DNA of 64,000 nucleotides from Ruditapes philippinarum (Eukaryota): positions 1 through 64,000 of the forward strand of contig NW_026852422.1 in the NCBI RefSeq assembly GCF_026571515.1, written 5' to 3'. A program made the position numbers and the translations under genes. This document shows, piece by piece, positions 39,211 through 56,205 of the stretch; positions within the stretch are counted from its first letter, which is position 1; the number at the start of each line of letters is the position of its first letter. The notes under the pieces were generated by a model that was given only the letters and a program-made list of their open reading frames with translations, did no database searches and was not told the origin of the DNA.

Positions 39211-40705
39211 TATTGGCGTCCGCGCCGAAGCGCGGCGCTCTTATGGAATGAGATCAGATTTTGTGAAAGGGCGACAGCAACTTCTCGAGCCTTTTAGTCG
39301 GTCATAATAAAAGCCGAAAATTCCGATCGGTATGAGGGTGCTTGATTATTAAATAAGAATGAAATGTCGCGATATGTTACAATGAATTTTCGCAATGCAA
39401 ACATTTACAAATGAAATAACCTTTTCCGTCAATAAATCCCGCTCTTCGGGGTTTTTTATTTATCATTTTGTAGTACACAGTCGGTTATCATGTCATGGTA
39501 TGTTATTGTTGTACATGTATCCTAGAATGATCAGTCGATGACCTAAATATTCCAAAAACCTATTTATAGATATATCTTTTTATCACTCCTATCGGTAAAT
39601 GCCGGTCTCTCCCGGTCTATTTTGACCAGGATTTACTAGTGACCGGCGAATAGTACCACACGTTTATTGTCCGGTCTCTCCCGATTTTGGAGTAGATGTT
39701 TGATATCGTTACAATTGGAAAAAAACAACAATAGCATGTTTCATTTTATCTATATGAGATAAAAACAATAAATATGTACACGGATTTATATGTAATATAA
39801 ATCCGTGATATGTACAATAATTGAGAAAAAGGTACATTTTTTATGGTATTAAAATGACATTATCAACTTTGAAACATTTTATTTAATTATTCAATTTGTT
39901 ATCCGTGTTTAGTAAAGATGCCGAGGAATTATTCAAAGTTACAAATTAGATTTTATGAATTATTCAATTGATCGATAATTTAAAAAATGATAAAGAAAAA
40001 TACAATGTACATGTACATGGTTTAAGAATAAACAATATTATATATTGAAAGATAAACCATAATTTACTGACTTTTTCCAGTTAAGCTTTTTACTTATAAT
40101 CGTCGGTCAATATGACAATTGAATTCTTAAAATTTATTTTACAATTTTAATAAAAAAGAGTAGTAAAAACTCAGTATTAAAATAGCACATAAAACACAAA
40201 AAAGAATAAAAGAAAACAATATTCATAAAATTTGTATTTTTTTTAAATTAAAATTAATAGATATTACAATTATTGTATAATAAACAATTATGCTCAACAT
40301 GATCAACATGGTAATATAACCAGTGTCATATTTTTACTAACTTAAAGTGTGAACAGATACCTTAAGGGGGTCTTCGCTAATAGCGATAACATGTACATAA
40401 TAAGGGACAAATGTGTGGTACGTGTTGATCATGCGTTACACATATGGATTATAAATGATTGCATACATGTATATCCGTTGCTATTAATAACCACGATCAT
40501 AAAGAAATAACAAGTAATATTCTAATCTCTAGCATGCCAATCAAAGTTCATAATGAACAATGTCTTTCGTCCGCTCATTCATAAGTGGTATACATTTCTG
40601 GTAGTTTATAAGAATATCTTGTCATCATATGTGTACTAGTTCATCTTCACTTGCTGCATTTCTTGCTTGGACGCCCTTTGATGCTTTGCATCAATGCTTT
40701 TCTTG
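39211..40705 (+). mobile_element. Helentron-type insertion unique to unit 2
   Basis: Interrupts aaaattt/atcaatgctgat, which is contiguous in units 1 and 3. ggcgtcc / ggacgcc subterminal IR, 5' GC hairpin, 3' hairpin ttgatgctttgcatcaa. Confidence 0.7.
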
Positions 40706-41327
40706 TCAATGCTGATATCAAGCATAAAGCAGATACTGATACCATGTACTAGTTTTAACTCATATGACACTAGATTACTAATATGTCATACATGTACCGA
40801 TTATATATTACATTGTAAGAGATATGCATCATACAGATTGTTTTAAGTTATGACTTTATTTTGATACTTCCTTATTGATATAGTAACAAGGGTATACTAA
40901 TTTTCACAAATGGAATACGACGTTTGACAATATCATGATGATATTTCTTCGTGACACATTATCTCCCACTCTGAGTTTAATGGTCATTTCCTCTCTTCTT
41001 GGTATTTGTGGCAGAAATGAATCACTTACATACATAAACTTGCATGGAAAACAAATTTCTTTTTCTAGAAATATTTAGAAACTTGCAAGTCTATTCCGTT
41101 CATGCATACAAATAATTGCGAACTAATATGAATCACCAAATCTAAACATATATATGTGAATTATAAAATACCATAAGGGTTAACTTCTAATCTTAAACTT
41201 TGGGCTTTATGGGGATTCTTATTTGTCTCTATTATTATGTTGACAGATAAACAATAATTGATATTAAGTCACTGAAATAATCTTGGGTTTTGAATAGATA
41301 TTTACAAACGTTTTTCAATTACTACAG

Positions 41328-43709
<2,382 letters not shown>

Positions 43710-46281
43710 TCGGAGAATTAAAACATATTTTTAAGCCGAGGGGGTGATCCTGAATTTTAATTTTTAATTTTAGCGGGAAAACTCGTATAATTTGGGAATA
43801 AAAAATACATCTTACGTTTGGTTTTACTAGTTTTAGTCAATATTCAAATTGTCATTTTAATTTTCATTGATAGTATAAACTTTTGATAAATTATTGCTTT
43901 TTAGAAGAAAAGTTTCCCTTTTATAACATTTGACTTCCTTGGGATAATTTATCTTAAGCGGGTGATTTTAAAGGCAATGGGTTTTTTGCTTCTTTTCCTC
44001 CAAAAAAAAAATTTTTGGGACGATCCCAAGGGCCCACACATTACCCGGAAGAAGAAGAAGAAGAAAAAAAAAAGAAGCGAAAACACGAAAGACGACAAAA
44101 TCCAATTTTGTGGTCCCTTCGTGTTTTCGCATTTTGAAAGAAAAAAGAAGCAAAAATACGACATGGTGTAAATCAGCCACTATAGATCTTAACATGCCAG
44201 ATTTCGTGTCAATCGCAGCTTTTCGTCCCTTTCCATAAGTCTTCGGACACAATAGTATGAATACACAGAACGGATACAGTATTTAAGTCTAATCTTCGCT
44301 AAGAAACTAAAAAATTTCTTTAAAATGTATAGTAATACGCACATTTTTTTTTGCTTTTCATGAACTTTCGGCTTTAGAAATAATGTTTCCGCAACAGTGA
44401 TTTTATAGCCAAATAAAATCACTGTGAGGAATTGCGCATCCAATCGATTCTTTAATAATTGTGCCTGATTTGTTTCCGTACTTATTTCCGTTTAATGGTT
44501 AAGTCACTTGTTTTAACATAGATCGTCAAAATAGTGATTTTATTGCATATTTACAAAAAACTTTCGGTCCTTCTATGGTAAATAGAGAAAACTGAGGGTC
44601 GTGTAAGAATGATGAGTGTTACGTATTACTGGAGTATACCGTATTATAAGACCGTCTAGACGATTGCTACTCAAGAAAAATAACTGTCATTTGTCACGGT
44701 TCATATCGTAATATACGTCTCGAAGGTGCCCGCCTAATGGGACGTAACGAGGGTTGTATTTGCTCTCCAACGAAAACATGTATACATAAATTTTCAAGAT
44801 TCAAGAAGTTAAAACATTTTCCATGCCTCTTAAAATTTAGTTATATCTATTATCTATTTTCAGCCTTATGTGGTTACAAGTTGAAATACATTACAAATAC
44901 AAACGTTGAATGATCTTATTACCCCCACCACATACTTTGAAGATTGTGGTAATATTTATAAGTTATAAGCAAAACTAAAGAATGATTGAATGTTTGTTTA
45001 AGTCAATTAATTCAAAATAGTACCAAGAGGAATTTCATTAATCTCCAATAAAATTTCATTAAAAACACCTGAGATAAACATGACATCCCCAAAATAAAAT
45101 CTCACATAAATCATATAAAATCATTGAAACGGAACGCATTTGGAAATAGACAAGAATTGATATAAAAGGTAATAACTTAATTTGGACTTGACTGGAAATT
45201 TTTTCTTTAGAGTAATGTCCATCTTAATTTACAAACATCAACTTGATAAGAAAACAAAATTAAATTTTCTGTGGATCAAAATATTTAATTGCTATTATAG
45301 GACAATTAGAATTAATCTGCTTTATTGGAAACTGACATTTTTCTTTTATTTTTTTTATACAGTACCTATCAAGCTATGAAAAAATAGTCTCATGAAAAAT
45401 GAAAACCGATTTAAACGTTTTAAGAAAGTCATCAAAGCACATTTATATGTTTTATCAAAAAATTTGAAGTTGGATTTTCGTAAATAGACAATATAAAATG
45501 AACATTTCCGCGGGAGCAGATTGATATATTCCACACAAATACACAGTACTGCTTTTAAATAAACGGTGTAATGTTTCATATACCGCTTTTAAAAATGTAA
45601 AAATATGGAGAACATAATAATATTTTTATGTATTCATATTCTATTGAAGTCTGTACAAATATATCGATATATGTAACTACATCTTTCTTTGCAAACATTG
45701 GAAATATTTGGGGCAGTTTTAAAAGCATATGGATTGTTCTCCCTTTCCCTGCGTACTAAATAATAACCCAGTTCAATTTTACTTCCTTTATATTATTTTC
45801 GGAAAAATGTTTTACTTAATGATTCAAAGTTTAAGTGGTGAAACTTTTGGTTTAAGCTGTGAAACCATTAAATGTCATATAGACGGATTAAATAAAGCTT
45901 ATATAGAAATGAAAGCATTTACGATATGTTTCAAGACTCCCGCCGGAAGCGCGAAGCCGCCCTTTATTGCGCGCAGAAAGGGTAGGTGTAGTTTTGTGTT
46001 GATTGACCTTATGTGTCAATTATACAGCTGCATATGTCGAGACACGGCTTAATGTGAATGTTAAAGACATTATAACTTTTTTTAATGAGAAAGACACGGT
46101 CACACTATAAAGTTATTGCAGAAAAACATGTGATATAATTAAAGTGATAAAAAAATAATAAAAAATTGGTGCAATTTTACATACCGTATTGATGTGTTAA
46201 TAATTTTTATCTGTGTAAAAACGTGTATGTGTAGTCAAAAGATCGGACGTTTTGTTTCTAAGGAGATGTTTTCACTTTAAA

Positions 46282-47968
46282 ATGGAAGTCTCGGGACGAA
46301 AGAAACTTCTGCTATATCATGCCAGCCATGTCAGCGTGACGGTGATACTGAACAAGCAGAGGCTATTGTGAGAATTGTAACGAGTTTATATGTTCATCAT
46401 GTATCAAGGCACACCGGAAGTTGGCTGTTACCACAAATCACGTGATTAAATCCAAAGATGAAATGCCGACATTTCAGACACAAAGCGACACATGCACTGA
46501 ACTCTGTGATGTTCATGTAAACGAAATAGTAAAGTTTTATTGCCAAGAGCACGACAGCGTTGGATGTGGAGATTGTATGGTACTTCAACATACCTCTTGC
46601 AAGGTTCAGCTTGTTTCAGATATATCTAGTAATTATGACAACAATGTGGACCTTGTTTTAATTAAACATAGAATTGATAACCTCATGAAAAACCTTGCTT
46701 CATGTAAAGAAAAAATAAAATGCAGTTTGAAAGCAGCGGATAAAATAAAGACTGAGGTCGTCAAAGAAATAAAGCTATTCCGAAAAGAAATGGATGATTA
46801 TCTAGACAAAATGGAAGCAGATCTTTTACAAAAGGTTAATGAAATGAATGATAGAGATGTATCTTCACAGAAAAAGCTTCAAAATCAGTGCGAGGCATTA
46901 TCTGATGAATTGAAAGAAATTCAAAGAAAATTGGACCAGTGTAAAGACAATGTCAACAATTTGTTTGTGACATCTAAATGTGTACAGAGAAAATTGGAAA
47001 AATGTCAAAACATTAATGAAACCATTTCAGCCAAAAGTCAGATAAACACTTTAAATTTTTAAGCATCGGAAGACTTCGATACTTTGAAGCAACATAACAC
47101 TCCCTTCTGCAGTCTTACAACACAAGTAAAAACATTTTTAGGGCAATGCAAGAAATGTATTAATGACATGAAGGCACGTTTTGTTAATAAAGTAAATTGC
47201 CAGGCAGAAAACGAAGGAAATTGTTCTATTACAGGAATTGTGATACTATCTGAAGCTGAAATTCTGTTAGCAGACGCCAGAAACAAATCGTTAAAAGTTT
47301 TAAATTACAGAGATAATCAAGTCACCTCAGCATTGAAATTGTCAGATTTTCCCTTTGACATAACCACTATCAGTTCATCATCTGCTGCAACATGTTTACC
47401 AAATAAAGGCAAAATCTTGTTTGTGAATACGCAAAATGGTTTGACTGAAAGTCACAGTCTGGATGTCAGGAAAAGATGTAACTCTATACACCATCGCAAT
47501 GGTATATTGGCAGTGTCCTTTGTTAAACCTCCCGCTGTTCAGATATTGGATATGGAAGGTCAGATCCTTCATGAGGTTAAAGATGCAAGCATATTGAAAT
47601 ATCCACGATTTGTTTATCTAGGTACAGAATATGATAATATGTTTGTGTCTGACAAAGACAACCATGTCGTGTACAAATTTACACTCCAGGGAGAACTGAT
47701 AACTCAAAATAAAACCGATAATAATGATAAACCAGCAGGCTTAAAAGTTACAAACTGCGGATGTGCTGTTGTTTGTTATCCAAAAAAGAGCGATTTGCTC
47801 GGAGTCATTGTACCTGATACATGTAGGAGAGAGATTCTGCCTTTCAATGTGCAGCATGTATTGGAGCCACTTTATGTCGACATTTCTGAAGCGCAAAATA
47901 AAATGTTTATCAGTGAATTACCGACTTCTGTGGACTGCAATTTCATTAAAATATTTGACTTAAAGTAA
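46282..47968 (+). pseudogene. TRIM-like paralog C; apparent pseudogene (lesions may be consensus errors)
   Basis: ATG 46282. Single-G losses at ~46302 and ~46361, in-frame TAA at 47060-47062 (ttttt aa vs tttt aaa), 6 nt insertion near 47821. Confidence 0.72.
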
Positions 47969-50335
47969 AATTTAGGGCTTTGTCAGAAAATCAATCTGTT
48001 TATTCATTGGTGTGAATATTGTTTGTGTGTTTGACTAGTGTCCCTGCCAACGTGTGATAAAGTTTCAAAGTGTCAAAGTTTCTTTATAATATCTTCAGTT
48101 TATCTTTATTGAGACACTATATACACTTTACGAAAAGGGAGGATAGGATTAATAAGAGTAGTCACACAGATAAATGTTTTGTAAACAGCACTAATAGCAT
48201 TTATTCAATGTTATAAATTGTGTTGTAAATAAACAGAATTTTTTTACTTTATATATTTTGTAAAAATATATCTCCCCACATTATAGACGTTTAATGTGAC
48301 ACAATTATGTTCAGCATTAATTCAATGTTATAAATGATATTTATGTGGTACATATACTGCACGCTTTTTCACTGGATATAATTTTTAAACAGATGTACCA
48401 TAGTCATTACGTTATAGAGAAAGAAAAAAAAAACACATTAATTATGCGACACAATTATGTTCAGTATTTAGTCTTAGGTTAAAATGTGTTTTGGTTCTTT
48501 GAAAATTGCATGCCGTCAATGGAAATCTGCTATTAACTGTAATATTTTATGTTTTAGGGTTCGAGTGTCCCATTTTATAATTTAATGTATATTCTTAGTG
48601 GAATACCACAATCAATATATAAATTATGCACAAGTTATCCTGAGTTAACAAATATATATTAAAAAAGTAACAATTATTTCTAGTGAAAAGCTACAATGTT
48701 ATATAATCCAATGCATGTTTTAAATTTAATTTCATATAATGAAAATACTTTTAGTTTAAAAATTTAAAAATTACAATTTTGTTTTTTATTTTATATTTTA
48801 CAAAGATGAGCTTTCAAAAATAAAATTATAATTATTCTGAACAATGAAGAATTTTGTTGTGTTTTAATTAGAGTATGTTACCACATTTTCTTATTTCTTG
48901 CTTTGATTTTGATAACAAGTATAAATTTTGACATTTGTATTCGTTGTATTAGATCTGAATAAAAGCAACAAAAATATGATTTTTGTTTCGTTTAATAAAG
49001 AAGACCCTACCCGAAACATCACGCAAGTTTCTCACTTTGTGTATCGTGATTAATTATAAATTACAAATATAAACGCGCGCGTGTGTGTTTGGAATTGTTA
49101 ACCCTCACTACCAGAAAGAGACCAAATGAGCGAGAAAGATATAAATGATGTATTACAAAAGTATATTTTATCCTAATAAACTGCAGACGCTTGACACGTA
49201 CTCGTACTTTTACTCGTACCCTATATTTTTTTTTCAACGGATTTTCTCTAATTTTGAAAAGTGACACCTTCTCGTCATTAAATGACCAACCCATGCGTAA
49301 AAAATTGACCCCTTTTAAAAATCAACTATAAGCAGGTCATATTTGAAAATTGGTAACAGTTAAATGATATTGAAAAATATGGTCATAAAAAAAAACAGTA
49401 AAAATTTCTATATTCCTTTTTAAATTTTAGTGATAACATTAAAATTTTCTTTATTAAAATGGAAACCGGAGAAAATAAATTTTGCCAATTCACGACAATA
49501 CTTTTTAATAATGGGCTGTAAAATTTATTATTAGGAACTAAAAAAACATTGGATGAGAATTGTAATGCTTTGGTTTTTTTTGCCCATCCCCGGGATCGCC
49601 CCCCTAGTATAATTGAATGTCTCTACTGGTTATTAATATTTAAACGGAAAGTCTATCTACCTCTCTTAGAATGCATATTCTAATACAGCGGTTCTATATT
49701 TCATTCTCATAACTTTGTACCACACTGATCAGGGGAAGTAACTGCCACAAAAGGTTTGTAGTGTGTCAGCATTGGTTACTTCCCCTGATCAGAGGGGCAG
49801 GTGCCTTGCCTCGTTATGTTTGTGCACTAATGTTTCTGCCAAGCGTTTCCTCAATACAATCAGAAGTTTAACTTAATTGTAACGAATCGTTCAAAATGAC
49901 CCTATTTTGATGACAATTGAACGACTGATCAGTTTTAAAAGGTTTTAAAAAAGAAAGAAAAAAGGAAGAAAGAAAAAAACAGCAACAACAACAAAATATG
50001 TATAATTGCTAGTAAGGTCCATTCAAAGACCCATTGAGATTACTGTCTGGAGCTTCAGTTTAAATATATTACGCTTATGAGATTATAACTTTAAAACTGC
50101 AAATGTAATTCAACACATTTTGACTGATATAGTGCATAATACATCAAACAAAGTCATAGATCAATCTTAAAAGAATAATAAAGATTTCGATAAAATTTTA
50201 TAAGCACATATCTCACAATTGTTTATTCATGTTCTTTAAAATTACATCATAAAATTAAGTGTCATATTTCAAGTATAGAATCATCTTAATTTTGAGAATA
50301 AACACAAATCATGAAGAATTTATTTTGAAACCTTA

Positions 50336-51345
50336 CTGGTTTGGGAGATAAACTCGGCCGAAAATCAGTGTTTTGGGGGCATATTTCATTTATTTGTTTT
50401 CGTATTCTGATGAAGGTTGCACCATAATAAACTTCAGCTCTTCGAATTTCCGGTATCACCATAAAATTTATATTTAGAAACATAAAAAACATTTTGAGAG
50501 GCCCTGGAATTGGTACGTAAAAAGGATATTTTTAACGCGCGCAAGTAGATAATTCCGGCTCTTTGTTTTTCTTCTTAAATGAGTAAGTTAAAACGTAAAA
50601 TAACATTTTTAGACATTTTATTATTACTTTGCTGTTCATTTATGTCAAATAAAAAATATTGTTACCAAAATTCTTGAGCATTACATTAGTATAAATTAAT
50701 GAATATCTATGATAACACGATATTTATATGCAACGTACTATGTAACATATAAATCATTTTTACGTAAAAACACATGCATTACCATTTATTAACGTATGAC
50801 GAAATATGTAGTTAAAGAATTAGTGATTCAAATTTATATTTGCTTAGCTTAACAGAGTGCAGAAGAAATTAATTTAGTGGTATTCAACCTACACAATAAC
50901 ATATAAAAGGAGCATTTTAACATTAGTCTTTCAATCCCTTCCACTTAAAGATTACAATTGTGTAATCAGCCTTTTTTCTGAGTTAGCAAGAAAAAGGTGA
51001 GTCTGAATTTCATTTACAAAATGTATGCGTAAACGTCGTCTGCTTTACCGGTAATCGCCTTATCGTCAATATATAAAAGTACCCCTGTGCGGGCCTCAAA
51101 ATGAGCATCTGCTGCACATGCGCCACAACAAAGGGATTCCCGTACTTTTTATAGGCATGTTTTTTTAAAACCAAAAAGGAAATCTGGAATTTTTTAAAAA
51201 AAACTACAAACTTTTACAAAATTTCAGATATTTTTCGAAATTCCACGATAGAATGAAATGGGGAGTTGAAGTTTTAAAAAATTTCCGATAAACTCGATTA
51301 AATTTTAAAAGCCGAGTTTTCAACCGCCGAAATTTTTCCCAACCC
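50336..51345. mobile_element. ~1 kb insertion with degenerate TIRs, probable DNA transposon
   Basis: Absent from the paralogous site gaaaccttacattgcactt (~37200). ta|ctggtttgggag ... ttcccaaccc|ta; aactcggc / gccgagtt subterminal inverted motif. Confidence 0.65.
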
Positions 51346-52204
51346 TAAAATTCACTTTCCGTGTGAATTCCAGATTTGACATATTTCTTTCGTCTTTTTT
51401 CTTCTTAAAAAATCTTAGCTTAAAAAACTATTTATTTATAATATATACATTTACATAATAAGGTACATAAAATAAAACTTACGGGGTGAGAAGGAAGCTT
51501 GTAAAGCTTTTTTGAAACTCTCTCCGTAATCAGTATTTAACAAATTTTATATACATGGTTACAAAATATTAAAATATATAAGCTAAGCTTTACATATCAT
51601 ATCGACTTGTGCTTGCTTTCTTACGTAAACATTCTATATTAAGTATTCGTGAACTTAATTTAAGATCCATTACTGTTCGATTTGAGGTAAAAGCATGAGT
51701 AAGAATTCAGTTTTAAAGGGATACATTGCTAAGTTTAGCGTGTGATCTACTTAACTAGTATGTTTGAATTTTTTATGATTATAAATCATTGAAGAAGAAC
51801 AAAAAAGGTCAAAGAAGAAGGAATATAGGGAACAGGAGAGAGAAAGAAAGTCAATTTACTTCTATGAAGTTGAGAGGCGCTTTTTCTTTTATAAAACGCA
51901 TATTATTTTACATGTATATCAAATATTTTTGCTTTTGTATATATTTATGTATACGTCAGACAATTGTTTCATTTAGAGCATATGTAAGTGAATTATCTGG
52001 AGATCTTATTACCTTTATAAATTAATAAACAAATATAACCTTTAAATTTTCTTTTTTCTATTATTGTTTGGCATGTGGTTTGGATCTATTTGACTGTTAA
52101 TAACAATGTAAAAACACTTAACTTAACAAATGCAACTAACATTAGACGTTATTAGCTATTTATCTAACATTATCATTATACATGATATACATTATCAAGG
52201 TTAA

Positions 52205-52587
52205 GTAATAGAAAGAGCACCGAAACACGAGGCTATCTGATTTGTACGAGGGGGCGTAGCCCCCGAGTATAAATCAGATTGCCAAGTGTTTTGGTGTTCT
52301 TTCTCTTTTGTATCATAGTCAAAAATAAAAGCACGTTCCCTGTATCACAATATGAAACCCCGGCAAAAATGAACCAATGAACGAGCATCTGGATATGACA
52401 TTTCTGTCGCTTTCCCTTTCTCTGCCGTCACAATATGTAAACCCCAGCAAAAATGAGCCAATCAATGGTCATGCTCTGGAGTGCGGGTAACTAATACCCG
52501 CACTCCAGTTAACGCACTGTGCATGTATATGTAAACGATTTAACCCTGACACATTTTCAACAGAAAGGTCTCCAAACTATGATACAA
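52205..52587. mobile_element. TSD-less hairpin element unique to unit 3 (Crypton-like, tentative)
   Basis: Interrupts ggttaa/ggaacaat. Long hairpin at 52211-52303, then inverted pair ttgtatcatag (52308) / ctatgatacaa (52577). Confidence 0.65.
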
Positions 52588-52595
52588 GGAACAAT

Positions 52596-53193
52596 TATGG
52601 TGGCTGATTTGTGCAATTCGTGTTTTCGCTCCGCGACCCCGCAAATCGAAAAGTCGAGAATTAAAAAGTTAAATCGGCGGGGTCGCGGGACGAAAACACG
52701 CTATAAAGCGAGGGCGCGAGGCGAAGTTTAATAAATAAAACTTCGTCCCGCGGGGGTGCGGGGCGAGATTTAAGAGATAAAATTGCAGAGGCACGGAGCG
52801 AAAAAACGCTAATTAATGACCCCGCTAATAAGCGTGTTTTCGCTTAGTGTCCCCGCCATTTTAACTTGTTAATTATCGACATTTCGCTTGGCGGGGTCGC
52901 GGGAGGAAAACACGCTAATTAGCGGGGACGCACGGCGAAGTTTTATTTTATTAAACTTCGCCCGGAGCCCCCGCTACTTAGCGTGTTTTCATTCCGCGAC
53001 CCGCCCTTTTATTTCTTAAATCTCGCTCCGCTCCCCTGCGGGAAGAAGTTTTATTTATTTAACTTCACCCCGCACCCTCGCTAATTAGCGTATTTTCGCT
53101 ACGCGCCTCCGCCATGTTAACATGTTAATTCTCGACTTATCGCTTGGCGGGGTCGCGGGGCGAAAACACGAATGGCACAAATCAGCCACCATA
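52596..53193. mobile_element. GC-rich foldback MITE, IS3EU-like, paralogous to 38060-39194
   Basis: Same TIRs and aacaat TSD at the same site. Lacks the nested element and has fewer internal repeats. Confidence 0.88.
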
Positions 53194-53827
53194 AACAATA
53201 TCCAAAATTTATCAATGCTGATATCAAGCATAAAGCAGATATTGTTACCATGTACTTGCTTTAACTCATATGACACTAGATTACTAATTTGTCATACATG
53301 TTCCGATTATATATTACATTGTAAGAGATATGCATCAGGCAGATTGTTTTAAGTTATGACTTTATTTTGTTACTTCCTCATTGATATAGTAACAAGGAGA
53401 TACAACTTTTCACAAATGGAATACGACGTTTGACAATGTCATGATGATATTTCTTCGTGACCATTATCTCCTACTCTGAGTTTAATGGTCATTTCCTCTC
53501 TTCTTGGTATTTGTGGCAGAAATGAATCACTTACATACATAAACTTGCATGGAAAACAAATTTCTTTTTCTAGAAATATTTAGAAACTTGCAAGTCTATT
53601 CCATTCATGCATACAAATAATTGCGAACTAATATGAATCACCAAATCTAAACATATATATGTGAATTATAAAATACCATAAGGGTTAACTTCTAATCTTA
53701 AACTTTGGGCTTTATGGGGATTCTTATTTGTCTCTATTATTATGCTGATAGGTAAACAATAATTGATATTCAGTCACTGGAATAATTTTGAGTTTTGAAT
53801 TGATATTTAAAAACGTTTTTACTAGAG

Positions 53828-56205
53828 CGTGAGGTTATCAGCATACATGTCGGCCAAGCCGGGGTCCAGATTGACAATGCAGGCTGGGAGTTATACTGTT
53901 TGGAGCATGGTATCAAGCCCGATGGGCGCATGCCCAGTGATACGACTGTAGGTAGTTGAGACGACTCGTTCAACACTTTCTTTAGCGAGACTGGTTCAGG
54001 GAAACACGTGCTGAGATCACTTTTTGTTGACCTCGAGCCTACTGGCATTGGTACATATCTCTTTTTTCGTATGAATCTCTCAATTGGTCCCCAAATCTCA
54101 ATGTATATCAGGAAATTACATGTAGCAATGTTTGCCACTGGTCAAAATGTAGCAAGTTTAGCCGACATTATGTTTTGTTTTAGACTGAAAAAAAGGAAAA
54201 GTTTGATATCGAACCAATGATAAATAGTAAATACATTGTTGGAAGTACATGTACTTTATAAAAAAGATATAAACAGTTTCATCAACTTAACAACAAACTC
54301 CTATACTCAGTGGTCTCCCTTTGCTTCGCTACACAGATCATTGTGAGGAGTTTGTTCCTTCATGTGTACTAATTTTTGTACATGTAATAATAATTGATAT
54401 TGGACCTAAAACAGTTACAACAAAGTCAATTATTTTATGAATAAATAAAAGTTCTATTTTTCCAAGTTTATTTTTCAAACAAGGGATTTATTTCTACAAG
54501 ACTTTTGGCATGCACGACTTTTGGCACACATAAGTAGCCTTCAACAAACTTTTGATAGGGAGAACAAACTAAAAAGATTTTTTTTAGAATCTATAATTAT
54601 TACAATTATCATTTTGTTAATATAGTTTTTAGTATATGTACAACAATTAATGTACGTTAACTTTTAAAAAGAGATGACTTTATTCTGCAGACAAGGACCG
54701 TGTTGGTAAATATAGGCAGCTATATCATCCGGAGCAACTATAACCGGAAATGTAGACGCTGCTAACAACTACCCTAGAGGTCATTTTACCTTAGGTAAGG
54801 AGCTTATCGACGAAGTCCTTGACCGACTTCGTAAGATGACCGATCAATGCACGGGTCTGCAAGGATTCCTTGTGTTCCACAGCTTCGGTGGAGGCACAGG
54901 GTCTGGATTTACATCTTTGCTTTTGGAAAGACTTAGCGTGGACTACGGGAAGAAATGTAAGCTAGAGGTTGCCGTGTATCCGGCTCCAAAGGTGGCAACA
55001 GCTGTCGTTGAGCCCTATAATGCCGTCCTCACCACACATACAACTTTAGAACAAACAAACTGCGCTTTCATGGTAGATAATTAGGCGACCTTTGACATCT
55101 GCAATAAGAGACTTGACGTGGAGCACCCCTCGTATTTAAACCTGAACCGATTGATTGGTCAGATTGTATGTTCAATCACTGCCTTGCTAAGATTTGATGG
55201 AGCTCTAAACCTTGATTAACAGAGTTACAGACGAACTTGTTTTTTTTCCAAGAATCCATTTCCTGTTGACGACATACTCCCCGATCATATCAGCTGAGAA
55301 GTGCTTATAATGAACAGCTTTCAGTTTTCCCAGATTGCTAACAAATGTGTTTCGAACCAGCAAAACCAAATGGTGAAATGTGATCCTCGCTAGGGAACTA
55401 CATGGCGTGTTGTATGCTGTACGGAGGTGACGTGGTTCCGAAAGATGTCAACGCCGCGATCGCAAGACAAAGAGAAGTATTCAATGTGTTGACTGGTGTC
55501 CAACTGGTTTTAAAATAGGCATTAACTACCAGCCACCTACTGTGGTTCTCGTTGGAAACCTTGGCAAAGTACCAAGAGCTGTCTGCATGTTGAGTAATAC
55601 AACTGCCATAGCCGAGGCTTGGTCTAGACTGGACCACAAGTTCGACCTTGTGTACGCCAAGAGAGCGTTCGTCCACTGGTAAGAGATTATGTATTCAACA
55701 TCATCTTATCAGCAATTAGAGCTCTTTAATTCATTTAATGTTAAATTAAACACACTTGGTCCTCTCTTGAAAGTGTGAAACTGTTTGCGTTAATCTTGAC
55801 TTTCTTTAATTGTGATGGAAGTAATTTTGGAAGCTTTTTTATAGACAAGAAGTCAAACATGAACACAATGACGTTATTTTCCAGCTTTTATCTCAATTTT
55901 TAAATTTTTAAACATACGCACAATTCTTTTTTTTATGTACTCTATGCAAACAACATTATTAAAATCAAAGCAATTTGCATGTAAAAACTACCTATATGCA
56001 TGAACTATACGGACATTTGTACAATGCTACTTCTGTAACCATAGTTATTGCATTTCCACATTCATTTTCTAGGTATGTAGGCGAAGGGATGGAGGAGGGT
56101 GAATTCGCCGAGGCGAGGGAAGACCTCGCTGTCCTCGAAAAAGATTACGAAGAAGTTGGTATCGATTCCACTTACGAAGCAGAAGATGAAAATGAAGAGT
56201 ACTAG
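53828..56205 (+). pseudogene. TUBA: Alpha-tubulin copy 3 (exons 53828-54050, 54691-55678, 56073-56205); no exon 1 found
   Basis: Nonsense TGA at 53957 and TAG at 55082, several indels and missense changes in exons 2-3, weakened acceptor (gag). Exon 4 intact. Confidence 0.92.

Noticed and set aside
40308-40316. atg|gtaata as a replacement exon 1 for tubulin copy 2
   Set aside because: Lies inside a unit-2-specific insertion, weak donor, and exon 2 downstream is frameshifted anyway.
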